Below are positions 9,485 through 18,112 of a stretch of DNA of 64,000 nucleotides, one piece after another. The notes beneath the pieces were generated by a model that worked only from the letters and a program-made list of their open reading frames with translations, was not told the origin of the DNA and did not search any database. This DNA is from an uncultured Mailhella sp. (GTDB lineage Bacteria > Desulfobacterota > Desulfovibrionia > Desulfovibrionales > Desulfovibrionaceae). Each line of letters starts with the position of its first letter. The stretch's first letter is position 1. Position numbers and translations under genes: made by a program. Where the stretch lies: NCBI GenBank assembly GCA_910578585.1, contig CAJTRG010000007.1, positions 25,350 through 89,349 on the forward strand. The letters are read 5' to 3'.

Positions 9485-10402
9485 ATGAAATGTACCCGCT
9501 GTAAAGCCACTGCCATTATTGATTTACCCTCACACAACGCTGCATTTTGTGAAGAATGTTTTATCCAGTTTTTTGAAAAACAAGTCCAAAAAGGCATCGA
9601 CCAGCACAAGCTCCTTGAAAAGGATGAAAAAGTTCTGGTGGCTCTTTCCGGCGGCAAAGACTCCCTTGCTCTTGCCCTTGTGCTTTCCCGTTTGGGCTAT
9701 AATGTCACGGGTCTGCATATTGATCTTTCCATTGGCACTTCTTCCGAAAAATCACGGGCAGTCTGTGAACGTTTCTGTGAAAAACACAGTATTCCTTTAA
9801 TTATCAAAGAAATGGAGAAAGAGGGACTTGCCATACCCAAGGTCAAAGCCTGCCTCTCCCGTCCCATTTGTTCTGCCTGCGGCAAAATCAAACGCTATTA
9901 TTTCAACCAGACTGCCCGCGAGCTGGGCTTTGATGCCCTTGCCACCGGTCATAATTTGGATGATGAAATTGCCCGCCTCACCAGTAATACTTTGCGCTGG
10001 GACAGAGCCTACTTGAGCGACCAGGGGCCCATTCTTCCTGATGAAGAAGGCTTTCGCAAGAAAATCAAACCTCTTTGGCGTCTCAGTGAATATGAAACTG
10101 CCCACTATGCTTTTCTTATGGGCATTGAAAACCACTATGCCCCCTGCCCTTACAGCACAGGCGCAAGCTTTTCCACATTAAAGAGTATTTGGATTGATTT
10201 GGAACTTGCCATGCCCGGCCGCAAACTGGATTTTTATCAGGGCTTTTTGGAACGCGGCAAACCTGCCTTTTTTGCAGAAGAAAAAGCCAAAGGACAAGCT
10301 TTAGAGGCCTGCCCAAAATGCGGCTATCCCACTTCTTCCGGCGACCTTTGCGGCGTGTGCAGGATTAAACTTGCCATACAGGAAAAAGAGCAAAATCAAT
10401 AA
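9485..10402 (+). CDS. TtuA/NcsA-family PP-loop tRNA 2-thiolation enzyme
   Basis: N-terminal zinc finger CTRC...CEEC, PP-loop VALSGGKDS, central CSACG, GHNLDDE, and a C-terminal CPKCG...CGVC finger. The layout matches TtuA (tRNA-5-methyluridine54 2-sulfurtransferase). ATG at 9485 follows a GGAGA Shine-Dalgarno. Confidence 0.75.
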   Translation: MKCTRCKATAIIDLPSHNAAFCEECFIQFFEKQVQKGIDQHKLLEKDEKVLVALSGGKDSLALALVLSRLGYNVTGLHIDLSIGTSSEKSRAVCERFCEKHSIPLIIKEMEKEGLAIPKVKACLSRPICSACGKIKRYYFNQTARELGFDALATGHNLDDEIARLTSNTLRWDRAYLSDQGPILPDEEGFRKKIKPLWRLSEYETAHYAFLMGIENHYAPCPYSTGASFSTLKSIWIDLELAMPGRKLDFYQGFLERGKPAFFAEEKAKGQALEACPKCGYPTSSGDLCGVCRIKLAIQEKEQNQ

Positions 10403-10687
10403 TAAGTTTTACAATTTTGTTAACTTTTCATTTTATTTCTTAAATACGACAATATTGTGTTAATTTAAAATTTTTTGCATAATTTATTGCAACTATGTAA
10501 TAATTGTACATATTTCCGGCAATAAACTGCATTAAATCAAGCCATTATTCCCAACTTTGGTGTTTCTATAAATTCCCTTGCATGCAGACTTTTTTTTTGA
10601 TAGAACATTTTTGTAAAAACAAATAACAATACTGTTAAATTTTTGCAGCACTTGTTTTTTACAGTACATTTTTTTATGGAGGAAGCA

Positions 10688-11665
10688 ATGCATAAATTTT
10701 TTAATAGCTTTGCTCTTGCGTTAGTTGGTCTTGGTATGTGCTTTATGCCTTTGCAAGCTGAAGCAAAAACAAATTTTATCACTATTGGAACCGGCGGCAT
10801 TACCGGCGTTTACTACCCCACCGGCGGTGCAATAGCAAAGATTGTTAATGATCGCGCTGAATTTGGAATTAAAGCAACTGCTGAAGCAACAGGTGCTTCA
10901 ATTTTTAACATCAATGCTGTCAAAGGCGGCAACCTTGATTTCGGTATTGCCCAGGCTGACAGCCAATATTTAGCTTATAATGGTAAAGGTGAATGGGAAG
11001 GACAGCCTATTACTGAACTTCGTTCAGTTTTCTCATTGGCTCCTGAAATGATTACCTTTGTTGTTGCTGAAGATTCCGGCATCAAAACCATTAACGATGT
11101 AAAGGGAAAAGTTATCAATATTGGCAACCCAGGTTCCGGCAACCGCCAAAATGCCATTGATATTTTCAATGCGCTTGGCATCAATTATGAAAAGGATTTC
11201 AAAGCAGAAAGCCTCAAAGCTGCTGACGCTCCCCGCATGCTCCAGGACGGACGTATTGACGGTTTCTTCTATACCGTTGGCCATCCAAACGGAAATATCA
11301 AAGAAGCTACTGCCGGGATGAGAAAAGCACGCATTGTTTCTATTCCTGAAATCAAAGAACTTTTCGCTGTTGCTCCTTACTATTCCATGGACAGCATTGA
11401 CATGGCTCAATATCCGGAAGCAACCAATGCCAGCGAAGGCAAGACCACCACTGTTGGCATGAAAGCTACCCTGATTACTTCTGCTAATATTGATGAAGAA
11501 GTTGTGTATAATTTGACCAAAGCTGTTTTTGAAAACCTTGACGAACTGCGCACTCTCCACCCTGCTCTTGCCAACCTGACCAGGGAAGGCATGCTTGAAG
11601 GTTTATCTGCTCCACTCCATAAAGGTGCTGAACGCTACTATAAAGAAGTTGGCTTAATCAAATAA
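10688..11665 (+). CDS. TAXI-family TRAP transporter solute-binding protein
   Basis: A signal peptide followed by the NFITIGTGGITGVYYPTGGAIAKIV motif typical of TAXI receptors. GGAGG Shine-Dalgarno before the ATG at 10688. Confidence 0.88.
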   Translation: MHKFFNSFALALVGLGMCFMPLQAEAKTNFITIGTGGITGVYYPTGGAIAKIVNDRAEFGIKATAEATGASIFNINAVKGGNLDFGIAQADSQYLAYNGKGEWEGQPITELRSVFSLAPEMITFVVAEDSGIKTINDVKGKVINIGNPGSGNRQNAIDIFNALGINYEKDFKAESLKAADAPRMLQDGRIDGFFYTVGHPNGNIKEATAGMRKARIVSIPEIKELFAVAPYYSMDSIDMAQYPEATNASEGKTTTVGMKATLITSANIDEEVVYNLTKAVFENLDELRTLHPALANLTREGMLEGLSAPLHKGAERYYKEVGLIK

Positions 11666-11702
11666 GTAAGCTATAAAGCTTTTTTCAAAACGCATTCCTA
11701 TA

Positions 11703-11727
11703 GGGGGGGGAACAAATCCCCCCTTTT
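11703..11727 (+). terminator. intra-operon G-run/C-run hairpin plus T-run (attenuating terminator between binding-protein and permease genes)
   Basis: GGGGGGGG-aacaaat-CCCCCC followed by TTTTA, located between 11665 and 11774. Confidence 0.5.
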
Positions 11728-11773
11728 ACGGCAAAATTTGTTTTGCACGATTTTTTTTATTTAAAGGGACTTT

Positions 11774-13879
11774 ATGAAAAAGAAAAAAGAATCAGCCTTT
11801 AAACCCGACTCCTACCGTGAGGAAATGCTCAAAGGTGAGCACGGTCTGCGCGGCGAAGGCTCTGGCTTAACTGAAAATCTTACTCTCATTATCGGACTGA
11901 TGTGGTCTTTATTCCAGCTTGCGTCAGCAGGTTTTGTTCTTATTGATGCTATTTTTGTTCGTGCAATCCACTTAACTTTTGCCATTACTCTGGTTTATCT
12001 CAATATCCCCATGTTCAAACACGGAAAGAGCGGAGAATGGGATAAACGTATTTTGCTTGCCATGAACAGGGTTACTGTTCTGGACTATATTTTTGCAATT
12101 TTTGCTGCATTTTCAGCTCTTTATATTATTCTTGACTATATGGGCATTGCCTCTCGCGCCGGACTTCCCATTACCCGTGATATTATTTTTGGCTTTTTGC
12201 TGATAATTTTGCTGTTGGAAGCTACCCGCCGTGTTATTGGCCCAGCCCTTCCCACCATTGCCACTATTTTTATTGTCTATGTTTTTTCAGGCCCTTATTT
12301 GCCTGATTTTCTTGCTTTCAAGGGAGCCTCCCTTTCCCGCTTTATCTCTCAAATGACCATGGATGCCGAAGGTATTTACGGCGTTCCTTTACAGGTTTCC
12401 GCATCTGTTGTTTTCCTTTTCGTTTTATTTGGAACCATGCTTGAAAGAGCCGGCGGCGGACAATTCTTTATCCGCCTTGCCATTGCAGGCCTTGGCCGCT
12501 ATAAGGGCGGAGCTGCCAAAGCCGCTGTTTTAGGCAGTGCCCTGACAGGCATGATTTCCGGTTCCAGTATTGCAAACGTTGTCACAACCGGTACCTTTAC
12601 CATTCCCCTCATGAAGAAAATGGGTTATCCTGCAACCAAAGCCGCTGCCATTGAAGTTGCCGCTTCAACCAACGGCCAGCTTGCGCCGCCGGTTATGGGC
12701 GCTGCTGCCTTTATTATTGCAGAATACGTCAATATTCCCTATATCGAAGTAGCAAAAGCTGCGGCTATTCCTGCTTTTGCCTCCTACGTTGCCCTGCTTT
12801 GGATTACCCATGTGGAAGCCAGCAAACTCGGCATGCAGGGTCTTCCAAAATCCGTTCTTCCCAATGTCAAAGAAACACTCAAGGAAGGCTGGGTCTTTCT
12901 CATTCCTATTTTCATGCTGCTGTACGAACTTGTTTTTGCACAGCATTCAGCTGAAATGAGCGTATTTCGTGCTATTTGCGTACTCAGTGTGATGATGATC
13001 GGCACAAGTTATATTCGCGCACGTTTATACGGGCTTCCTCGTTTTTACAGTATAAAACTTGCGCTCAAAGATTGGCTCTTATCCCTTTCAGCAGGAGCTA
13101 CCAGCATGGCGGGCGTTGCCCTTGCCACAGCCTGTGCCGGTATCATTGTGGGCTGTATTTCTCTGGGCCTTGGCCAGCAAATCACCACCTTTGTGGAAAT
13201 TCTCTCCATGAACAATATTTTGCTGCTCCTGATCATTACTGCTCTTGCCAGCCTTTTGCTTGGTATGGGCTTACCAACCACGGCAAACTATATTATCATG
13301 GCATCCCTCACTGCACCGATTCTTGTGCGTCTTGCCTCCAATTTTGATATTCACGGCATAAACCTGACTGTGCCTCTTTTGGCGGCGCACCTCTATTGCC
13401 TCTATTTTGGTATTTTGGCTGACGATACGCCTCCTGTCGGCCTCGCTGCGTATGCGGGTGCTGCCATTGCGGAAGCTTCCCCGATTGCCACAGGGGTGCA
13501 GGGTTTCTGGTATGATATCAGAACTGCCATTTTGCCGCTGATGTTCTTCTTCAACCATGATATTATTTTATGGAATATTCATTCCTTCCCCATGGGAATA
13601 TTTATTTTTGGCATGACCTGCCTTGGCACCATTTGTTTCGCGTCCTTTACTCAAGGTTGGTTTATCAATAACAATAATATGTTAGAAAAAGCGCTCCTTG
13701 CTTTCAATACTGTTTTATTCCTCAATCCATTCCTGATTACCGGTTTTGTATTACCCTATGAATATCGGTATGCAGGCTATGCCCTTGGCGTACTTATCAT
13801 GGGACTTGTGTATCTGATGCAAAAGGCACGCCCCAACAATGTAAAACCCATGAAAGCGCCCAAGTACGATATTATCTAA
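11774..13879 (+). CDS. TRAP transporter fused small/large permease (TAXI type)
   Basis: A 701-aa polytopic membrane protein immediately downstream of the TAXI receptor, with typical fused 4TM+12TM length and composition. Confidence 0.85.
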   Translation: MKKKKESAFKPDSYREEMLKGEHGLRGEGSGLTENLTLIIGLMWSLFQLASAGFVLIDAIFVRAIHLTFAITLVYLNIPMFKHGKSGEWDKRILLAMNRVTVLDYIFAIFAAFSALYIILDYMGIASRAGLPITRDIIFGFLLIILLLEATRRVIGPALPTIATIFIVYVFSGPYLPDFLAFKGASLSRFISQMTMDAEGIYGVPLQVSASVVFLFVLFGTMLERAGGGQFFIRLAIAGLGRYKGGAAKAAVLGSALTGMISGSSIANVVTTGTFTIPLMKKMGYPATKAAAIEVAASTNGQLAPPVMGAAAFIIAEYVNIPYIEVAKAAAIPAFASYVALLWITHVEASKLGMQGLPKSVLPNVKETLKEGWVFLIPIFMLLYELVFAQHSAEMSVFRAICVLSVMMIGTSYIRARLYGLPRFYSIKLALKDWLLSLSAGATSMAGVALATACAGIIVGCISLGLGQQITTFVEILSMNNILLLLIITALASLLLGMGLPTTANYIIMASLTAPILVRLASNFDIHGINLTVPLLAAHLYCLYFGILADDTPPVGLAAYAGAAIAEASPIATGVQGFWYDIRTAILPLMFFFNHDIILWNIHSFPMGIFIFGMTCLGTICFASFTQGWFINNNNMLEKALLAFNTVLFLNPFLITGFVLPYEYRYAGYALGVLIMGLVYLMQKARPNNVKPMKAPKYDII

Positions 13880-13889
13880 GAGGATTGCC

Positions 13890-14390
13890 ATGCATTTCAT
13901 CAAAAATACCCATAAAAATACGATTCCAAAATTCAACAGACCTATCCAAACCATCAAGAAGAAAAAACGCCGTATCCAAAAACACGGCAAAGAACCTGTG
14001 CTGGTTTGCTCAAAATGTAAAACTGTCTTCCCTGAATTTTTGGCGCGCTGTCCTGAATGCGGCAGCCGCGACTGGCAGGGCTTATCTGAAATCAACCCCT
14101 ATAATAATGCTCCGCTGGAACAATTTTTAAAACTGTGCGGGCACCTGATGTGGCTTGGCGGCTCCTTTGCCTGTATTTTCCTTTTATGGCAAACCACTTC
14201 CAAAGATCAGGCCTATAACGAACTTCTCATTCTCTCTGCCATTTTAGTGGCGGCTTTTGGCATTCTTGCTTCTGTTGGTTATTTTGGCCTGAGCGAAATC
14301 AACCGCCGTGTGGAACGCATTCAAAGATATCTGCGGGCTTTCCCTGAAATTTTTCATATTCACCAAAAGCGCCCGCGCTATAAACATTAA
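13890..14390 (+). CDS. zinc-ribbon membrane protein, hypothetical
   Basis: Contains CSKCKTVFPEFLARCPECGS (CxxC-N10-CxxC) followed by two hydrophobic helices. It starts 10 nt after the permease stop, with an AGAGGA Shine-Dalgarno. Confidence 0.55.
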   Translation: MHFIKNTHKNTIPKFNRPIQTIKKKKRRIQKHGKEPVLVCSKCKTVFPEFLARCPECGSRDWQGLSEINPYNNAPLEQFLKLCGHLMWLGGSFACIFLLWQTTSKDQAYNELLILSAILVAAFGILASVGYFGLSEINRRVERIQRYLRAFPEIFHIHQKRPRYKH

Positions 14391-14411
14391 TACTGACATT
14401 AATGCATACAT

Positions 14412-14452
14412 AAATTTCCAAGACATCCAGTTGTTTTGGAAATTTATTTTTT
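14412..14452 (+). terminator. rho-independent terminator of the TRAP operon
   Basis: AAATTTCCAA-14 nt-TTGGAAATTT followed by ATTTTTT. Confidence 0.75.
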
Positions 14453-14610
14453 AACTGGCCGCTATTTCCTTTTTATTCCTGCCTATATGCCTTACTGACT
14501 CTTTTATCCATAAAACAACTTTATATCACTTTTTGAAAAGCGTATGATTTTGCAAGTTTTAATATATTAAACAGTCAGATAGCCATGTATACTTCCAACG
14601 AACAGCATAA

Positions 14611-15075
14611 TTCTTATTGGGGCAACCTTTTTTTATTGCCTATTTTCCGATTATTCTTTCCGGTGTTTTATTAAAAATACCGCAAACACTCATCATCAGT
14701 TGTATTTTTGCTCTAGCTTCTCTTATTAAAGCAACGCTCCATTATGTGATGGTTTCTGACGCTGTTTTTTCACCCTTTTCCAGCCCCGACCTTTGAGTTC
14801 TCTTTTTTTTTAGTCTTGGAACCCGTTTACTGTTTGGGCTTTTAATTGTCCTTTACTTTACAGCGGCAAAAAATCAAAAATATCCATATCTGTGGATTGC
14901 CGCCATTGCTGCTATTGCTCCAAAACTCCATTCTCTTCTTGTTTTAACTTCATTAGGTGTTTTATTTCCAGAATTTAACTTGGATTACCACAAAACACTG
15001 ATTTTCAATTTCAACGATATCCTTATAAAACCAATTACAAAGCCAGATCCTACCATTAGCTTTACAAATTTGTAA
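14611..15075 (+). pseudogene. hydrophobic reading frame interrupted by one in-frame TGA (candidate decayed membrane-protein gene)
   Basis: Own translation of one frame: ...LGQPFFIAYFPIILSGVLLKIPQTLIISCIFALASLIKATLHYVMVSDAVFSPFSSPDL*VLFFFSLGTRLLFGLLIVLYFTAAKNQKYPYLWIAAIAAIAPKLHSLLVLTSLGVLFPEF...FTNL*. The TGA is at 14794-14796, and the distal half has no in-frame ATG, GTG or TTG near its beginning. No ORF of 60 aa or more is listed on either strand between 14427 and 15321. Confidence 0.3.
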
Positions 15076-15321
15076 AAATTTTTCATGTACATTATTTCTT
15101 TTAGTTCATAATTTGTAAAAAATATTTTTTCTTATAATTTCAACTAATTTCAAGTTTTCTCTTCCCTTCCAGCAAAAAATTTTCCATTTGCGAAAAAATA
15201 TTTTTCCCGGCAGAAATTCTGGAAAGAGGCATTTTATCTTTCCATTTTTGTAAAAAACTGCTTGCATATTAAGATATTTTGATATAGTTATACTACATAT
15301 TAACTAAAATGGGGAATTAGC

Positions 15322-16638
15322 ATGAATACACCAAGCCCTAAAGCATCTGCTTTACTACCACTTATTGTATTTTTAATCCTTTTTATCGGAACAGGTGCAT
15401 ATTTAACCTTTCAGGATGTCAGCATGGCTTTTTATCAGCTTTCTGCAACTGTGGCTATTGTGCCTGCTATTATTATTGCGATTTGGCAATTCAGAGGCAA
15501 ACTCAATCAAGGCATTGCCCTTTTCCTGCAAGGCGTTGGCGAAAGCAATATCATTACCATGAGCTTTATTTACATCATGGCTGGTGCTTTTGCGACTGTG
15601 GCAAAGTCCATTGGCGGTGTTGACGCAACGGTTAACTTTGGTTTGTCCCTCATCCCTGTTGACTTTATTGTTCCCGGCTTCTTCATTATTGCAGCCTTTA
15701 TTGCCACAGCCATGGGTACAAGTATGGGAACAATTGCAGCGATTGCCCCCATTGGCCTTGGTATCAGTGCTCAAACAGAAATCAGCTCCACCCTTATGCT
15801 TGGTGTTATTGTTGGGGGCGCGATGTTTGGGGATAACCTTTCCATGATTTCAGATACCACTATTGCTGCCACCAGAACACAAGACTGTGAAATGAAAGAT
15901 AAATTTATCTTCAACTCCAAAATTGCTCTGCCCACGGCAATTCTGACCATCCTTATTTTATATTTCACAACTTCCAGCCCATCCAATGTTGAAATTCATG
16001 ATTATGAATTTATCAAAGTGCTTCCTTATTTGACCATTTTGGTTATGGCGGTTTGCGGCGTCAATGTTTTTGTTGTGCTGATTACCGGTATTATTTTCAG
16101 CGGCGCCATTGGTATTTATTCCATTGCTGATTACAGCTTCCTGACCTTCAGCCAGCACGTGTACAATGGTTTTGCCAGCATGAATGAAATCATGATTCTT
16201 TCCATGATGCTGGGCGGGCTTGGTGAACTTATCAAGCAAAACGGCGGTATTGCCTTTGTTTTGCAGGCTATTGATAAATTTGCCAAGAAGAACAGCAGCG
16301 AACAAAGCCAAAAGGCCGGAGAATGGAGTATTGCAGCGCTTGTCAGCTTTGCAGATATCTGCCTTGCAAACAACACCGTTGCCATTATTTTAACCGGCGG
16401 TCTTGCCAAGGAAATCAAGGAAAAGAGCAAGATCGACTCCCGCCGTTCTGCCAGCATTCTGGACATGGCTTCCTGTGTATTCCAGGGACTTATTCCTTAT
16501 GGCGCACAGCTTCTGCTGGCCGGCTCCCTGTCCAAGATTTCCCCCATTGAAATTGCTATGCATAACTGGTATTGCGTTCTTTTGGCTCTTGCCGTTGTTT
16601 TATCCATCAGCTTTGGCTTCCCAAAATCAAAGTGCTAA
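15322..16638 (+). CDS. NhaC-family Na+/H+ antiporter-like transporter
   Basis: A 438-aa polytopic protein whose N-terminus and glycine-rich helices are typical of the NhaC family. Confidence 0.75.
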   Translation: MNTPSPKASALLPLIVFLILFIGTGAYLTFQDVSMAFYQLSATVAIVPAIIIAIWQFRGKLNQGIALFLQGVGESNIITMSFIYIMAGAFATVAKSIGGVDATVNFGLSLIPVDFIVPGFFIIAAFIATAMGTSMGTIAAIAPIGLGISAQTEISSTLMLGVIVGGAMFGDNLSMISDTTIAATRTQDCEMKDKFIFNSKIALPTAILTILILYFTTSSPSNVEIHDYEFIKVLPYLTILVMAVCGVNVFVVLITGIIFSGAIGIYSIADYSFLTFSQHVYNGFASMNEIMILSMMLGGLGELIKQNGGIAFVLQAIDKFAKKNSSEQSQKAGEWSIAALVSFADICLANNTVAIILTGGLAKEIKEKSKIDSRRSASILDMASCVFQGLIPYGAQLLLAGSLSKISPIEIAMHNWYCVLLALAVVLSISFGFPKSKC

Positions 16639-16717
16639 ATTTCCATTGAGTTTCAGCGCTTACTGTGATAGACGAAAGGACGCATTATACTAGACGTATT
16701 ATACTAAAGGTTTAATT

Positions 16718-18085
16718 ATGAAAAATACAAGAGAAGAATTAGCAACACGCTTAGGATTTTTACTTTTATCAGCAGGCTGTGCCATTGGCCTTGGAAACGT
16801 ATGGCGTTTTCCTTATATTGCCGGGCTTTATGGCGGCGCGTATTTCCTTGCTGTGTACTTTTTCTTTTTACTTGCTGTGGGACTGCCCATTATTGTTATG
16901 GAATTTGCCATTGGGCGCGCTTCCCGCAAAAACATGGGAAATGCCCTCCACATGCTCGAACCCATTAGCACAAAATGGCATAAATTAGGCTGTTTTGCAC
17001 TTATTGGCTCCACCCTTTTGATGATGTTCTATGTCCCTGTTTCCAGTTGGCTCATTGCCTATTGCTTCCATACTGCAACGGGCGCACTGAACTTAGCCCC
17101 TCAGGAAGTAGGTGCATTTTTCGGCAATATGCTTGCGGAACCTGTTCCCATGATCGGCTGGTCACTTCTGGTTATTGCCATTGGTGTTGGGGTCTGCTCT
17201 CTTGGCGTGCAAAAAGGTGTTGAAAAATGCGTCAAAGTTCTCATGGTGGGCTTGCTCCTTTTATTGATTGTTCTTGCCGGCAATTCCCTGACCATGTCCG
17301 GAGCGGGCGAAGGCATGAAGTTTTATCTTGCACCTTCCTGGGACAGAGTTATGGAAGCAGGCTTTTTCAATATGGTCAACGACGCCATGAACCAGGCTTT
17401 CTTTACCTTGAGCGTGGGCATTGGCGCAATGCTTATTTTTGGTTCTTATTTCAGCAAAAATAAGGCTCTTACCGGCGAAGCTATTTACATTGTAGGGCTT
17501 GATACCTTTGTTGCGATTATGGCAGGTTTTATTATTTTCCCAGCCTGCTTCACCTATGGCATTCAGCCAAACGCCGGCCCTGCCCTTATTTTCATCACCT
17601 TGCCCAACGTTTTCAACGAAATGGCAGGTGGCACATTCTGGGGAACATTATTCTTTATTTTCATGGCAGCAGCCTCTCTCACTACTGTTATTGCTGTATT
17701 TGAAAATATTATATCCTATTACATGGACGTGCATGAATGGTCTCGGAAAACGGCAACAATTGTGACCGGTGTTTCCATTGCTCTTCTGATGCTTCCTTGT
17801 ATTTTTGGTTTCAATATTTGGTCAGACATTGCGCCTCTTGGCGAAGGATCAAATATTTTGGATTTGGAAGACTTTATCATCAGCAACAATATGCTGCCTA
17901 TTGGGTCTTTCCTTATTCTTCTTTTCTGTACAAGTCGCTACGGTTGGGGATACGACAAATTCCTTGAAGAAGCGAATATCGGGGAAGGGATTAAATTCCC
18001 GCGTTACTTGCGTTTTTACTTAAGTTACATACTCCCTGCTATTATGTTCTTCGTCTTCATTCAGGGATATTCTCGTTTCTTCTAA
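16718..18085 (+). CDS. sodium-dependent transporter, NSS/SNF family
   Basis: GFLLLSAGCAIGLGNVWRFPY is the NSS signature. 455 aa, 12-TM type. Confidence 0.9.
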   Translation: MKNTREELATRLGFLLLSAGCAIGLGNVWRFPYIAGLYGGAYFLAVYFFFLLAVGLPIIVMEFAIGRASRKNMGNALHMLEPISTKWHKLGCFALIGSTLLMMFYVPVSSWLIAYCFHTATGALNLAPQEVGAFFGNMLAEPVPMIGWSLLVIAIGVGVCSLGVQKGVEKCVKVLMVGLLLLLIVLAGNSLTMSGAGEGMKFYLAPSWDRVMEAGFFNMVNDAMNQAFFTLSVGIGAMLIFGSYFSKNKALTGEAIYIVGLDTFVAIMAGFIIFPACFTYGIQPNAGPALIFITLPNVFNEMAGGTFWGTLFFIFMAAASLTTVIAVFENIISYYMDVHEWSRKTATIVTGVSIALLMLPCIFGFNIWSDIAPLGEGSNILDLEDFIISNNMLPIGSFLILLFCTSRYGWGYDKFLEEANIGEGIKFPRYLRFYLSYILPAIMFFVFIQGYSRFF

Positions 18086-18112
18086 TCTAAAATGGCATAT
18101 TAAGGAATTATC

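Noticed and set aside
14794-14796. In-frame TGA as a selenocysteine codon
   Set aside because: I see no SECIS-like hairpin immediately downstream (a T-run follows). The context is a hydrophobic membrane segment rather than a redox motif. A nonsense mutation or pseudogene is the simpler explanation.
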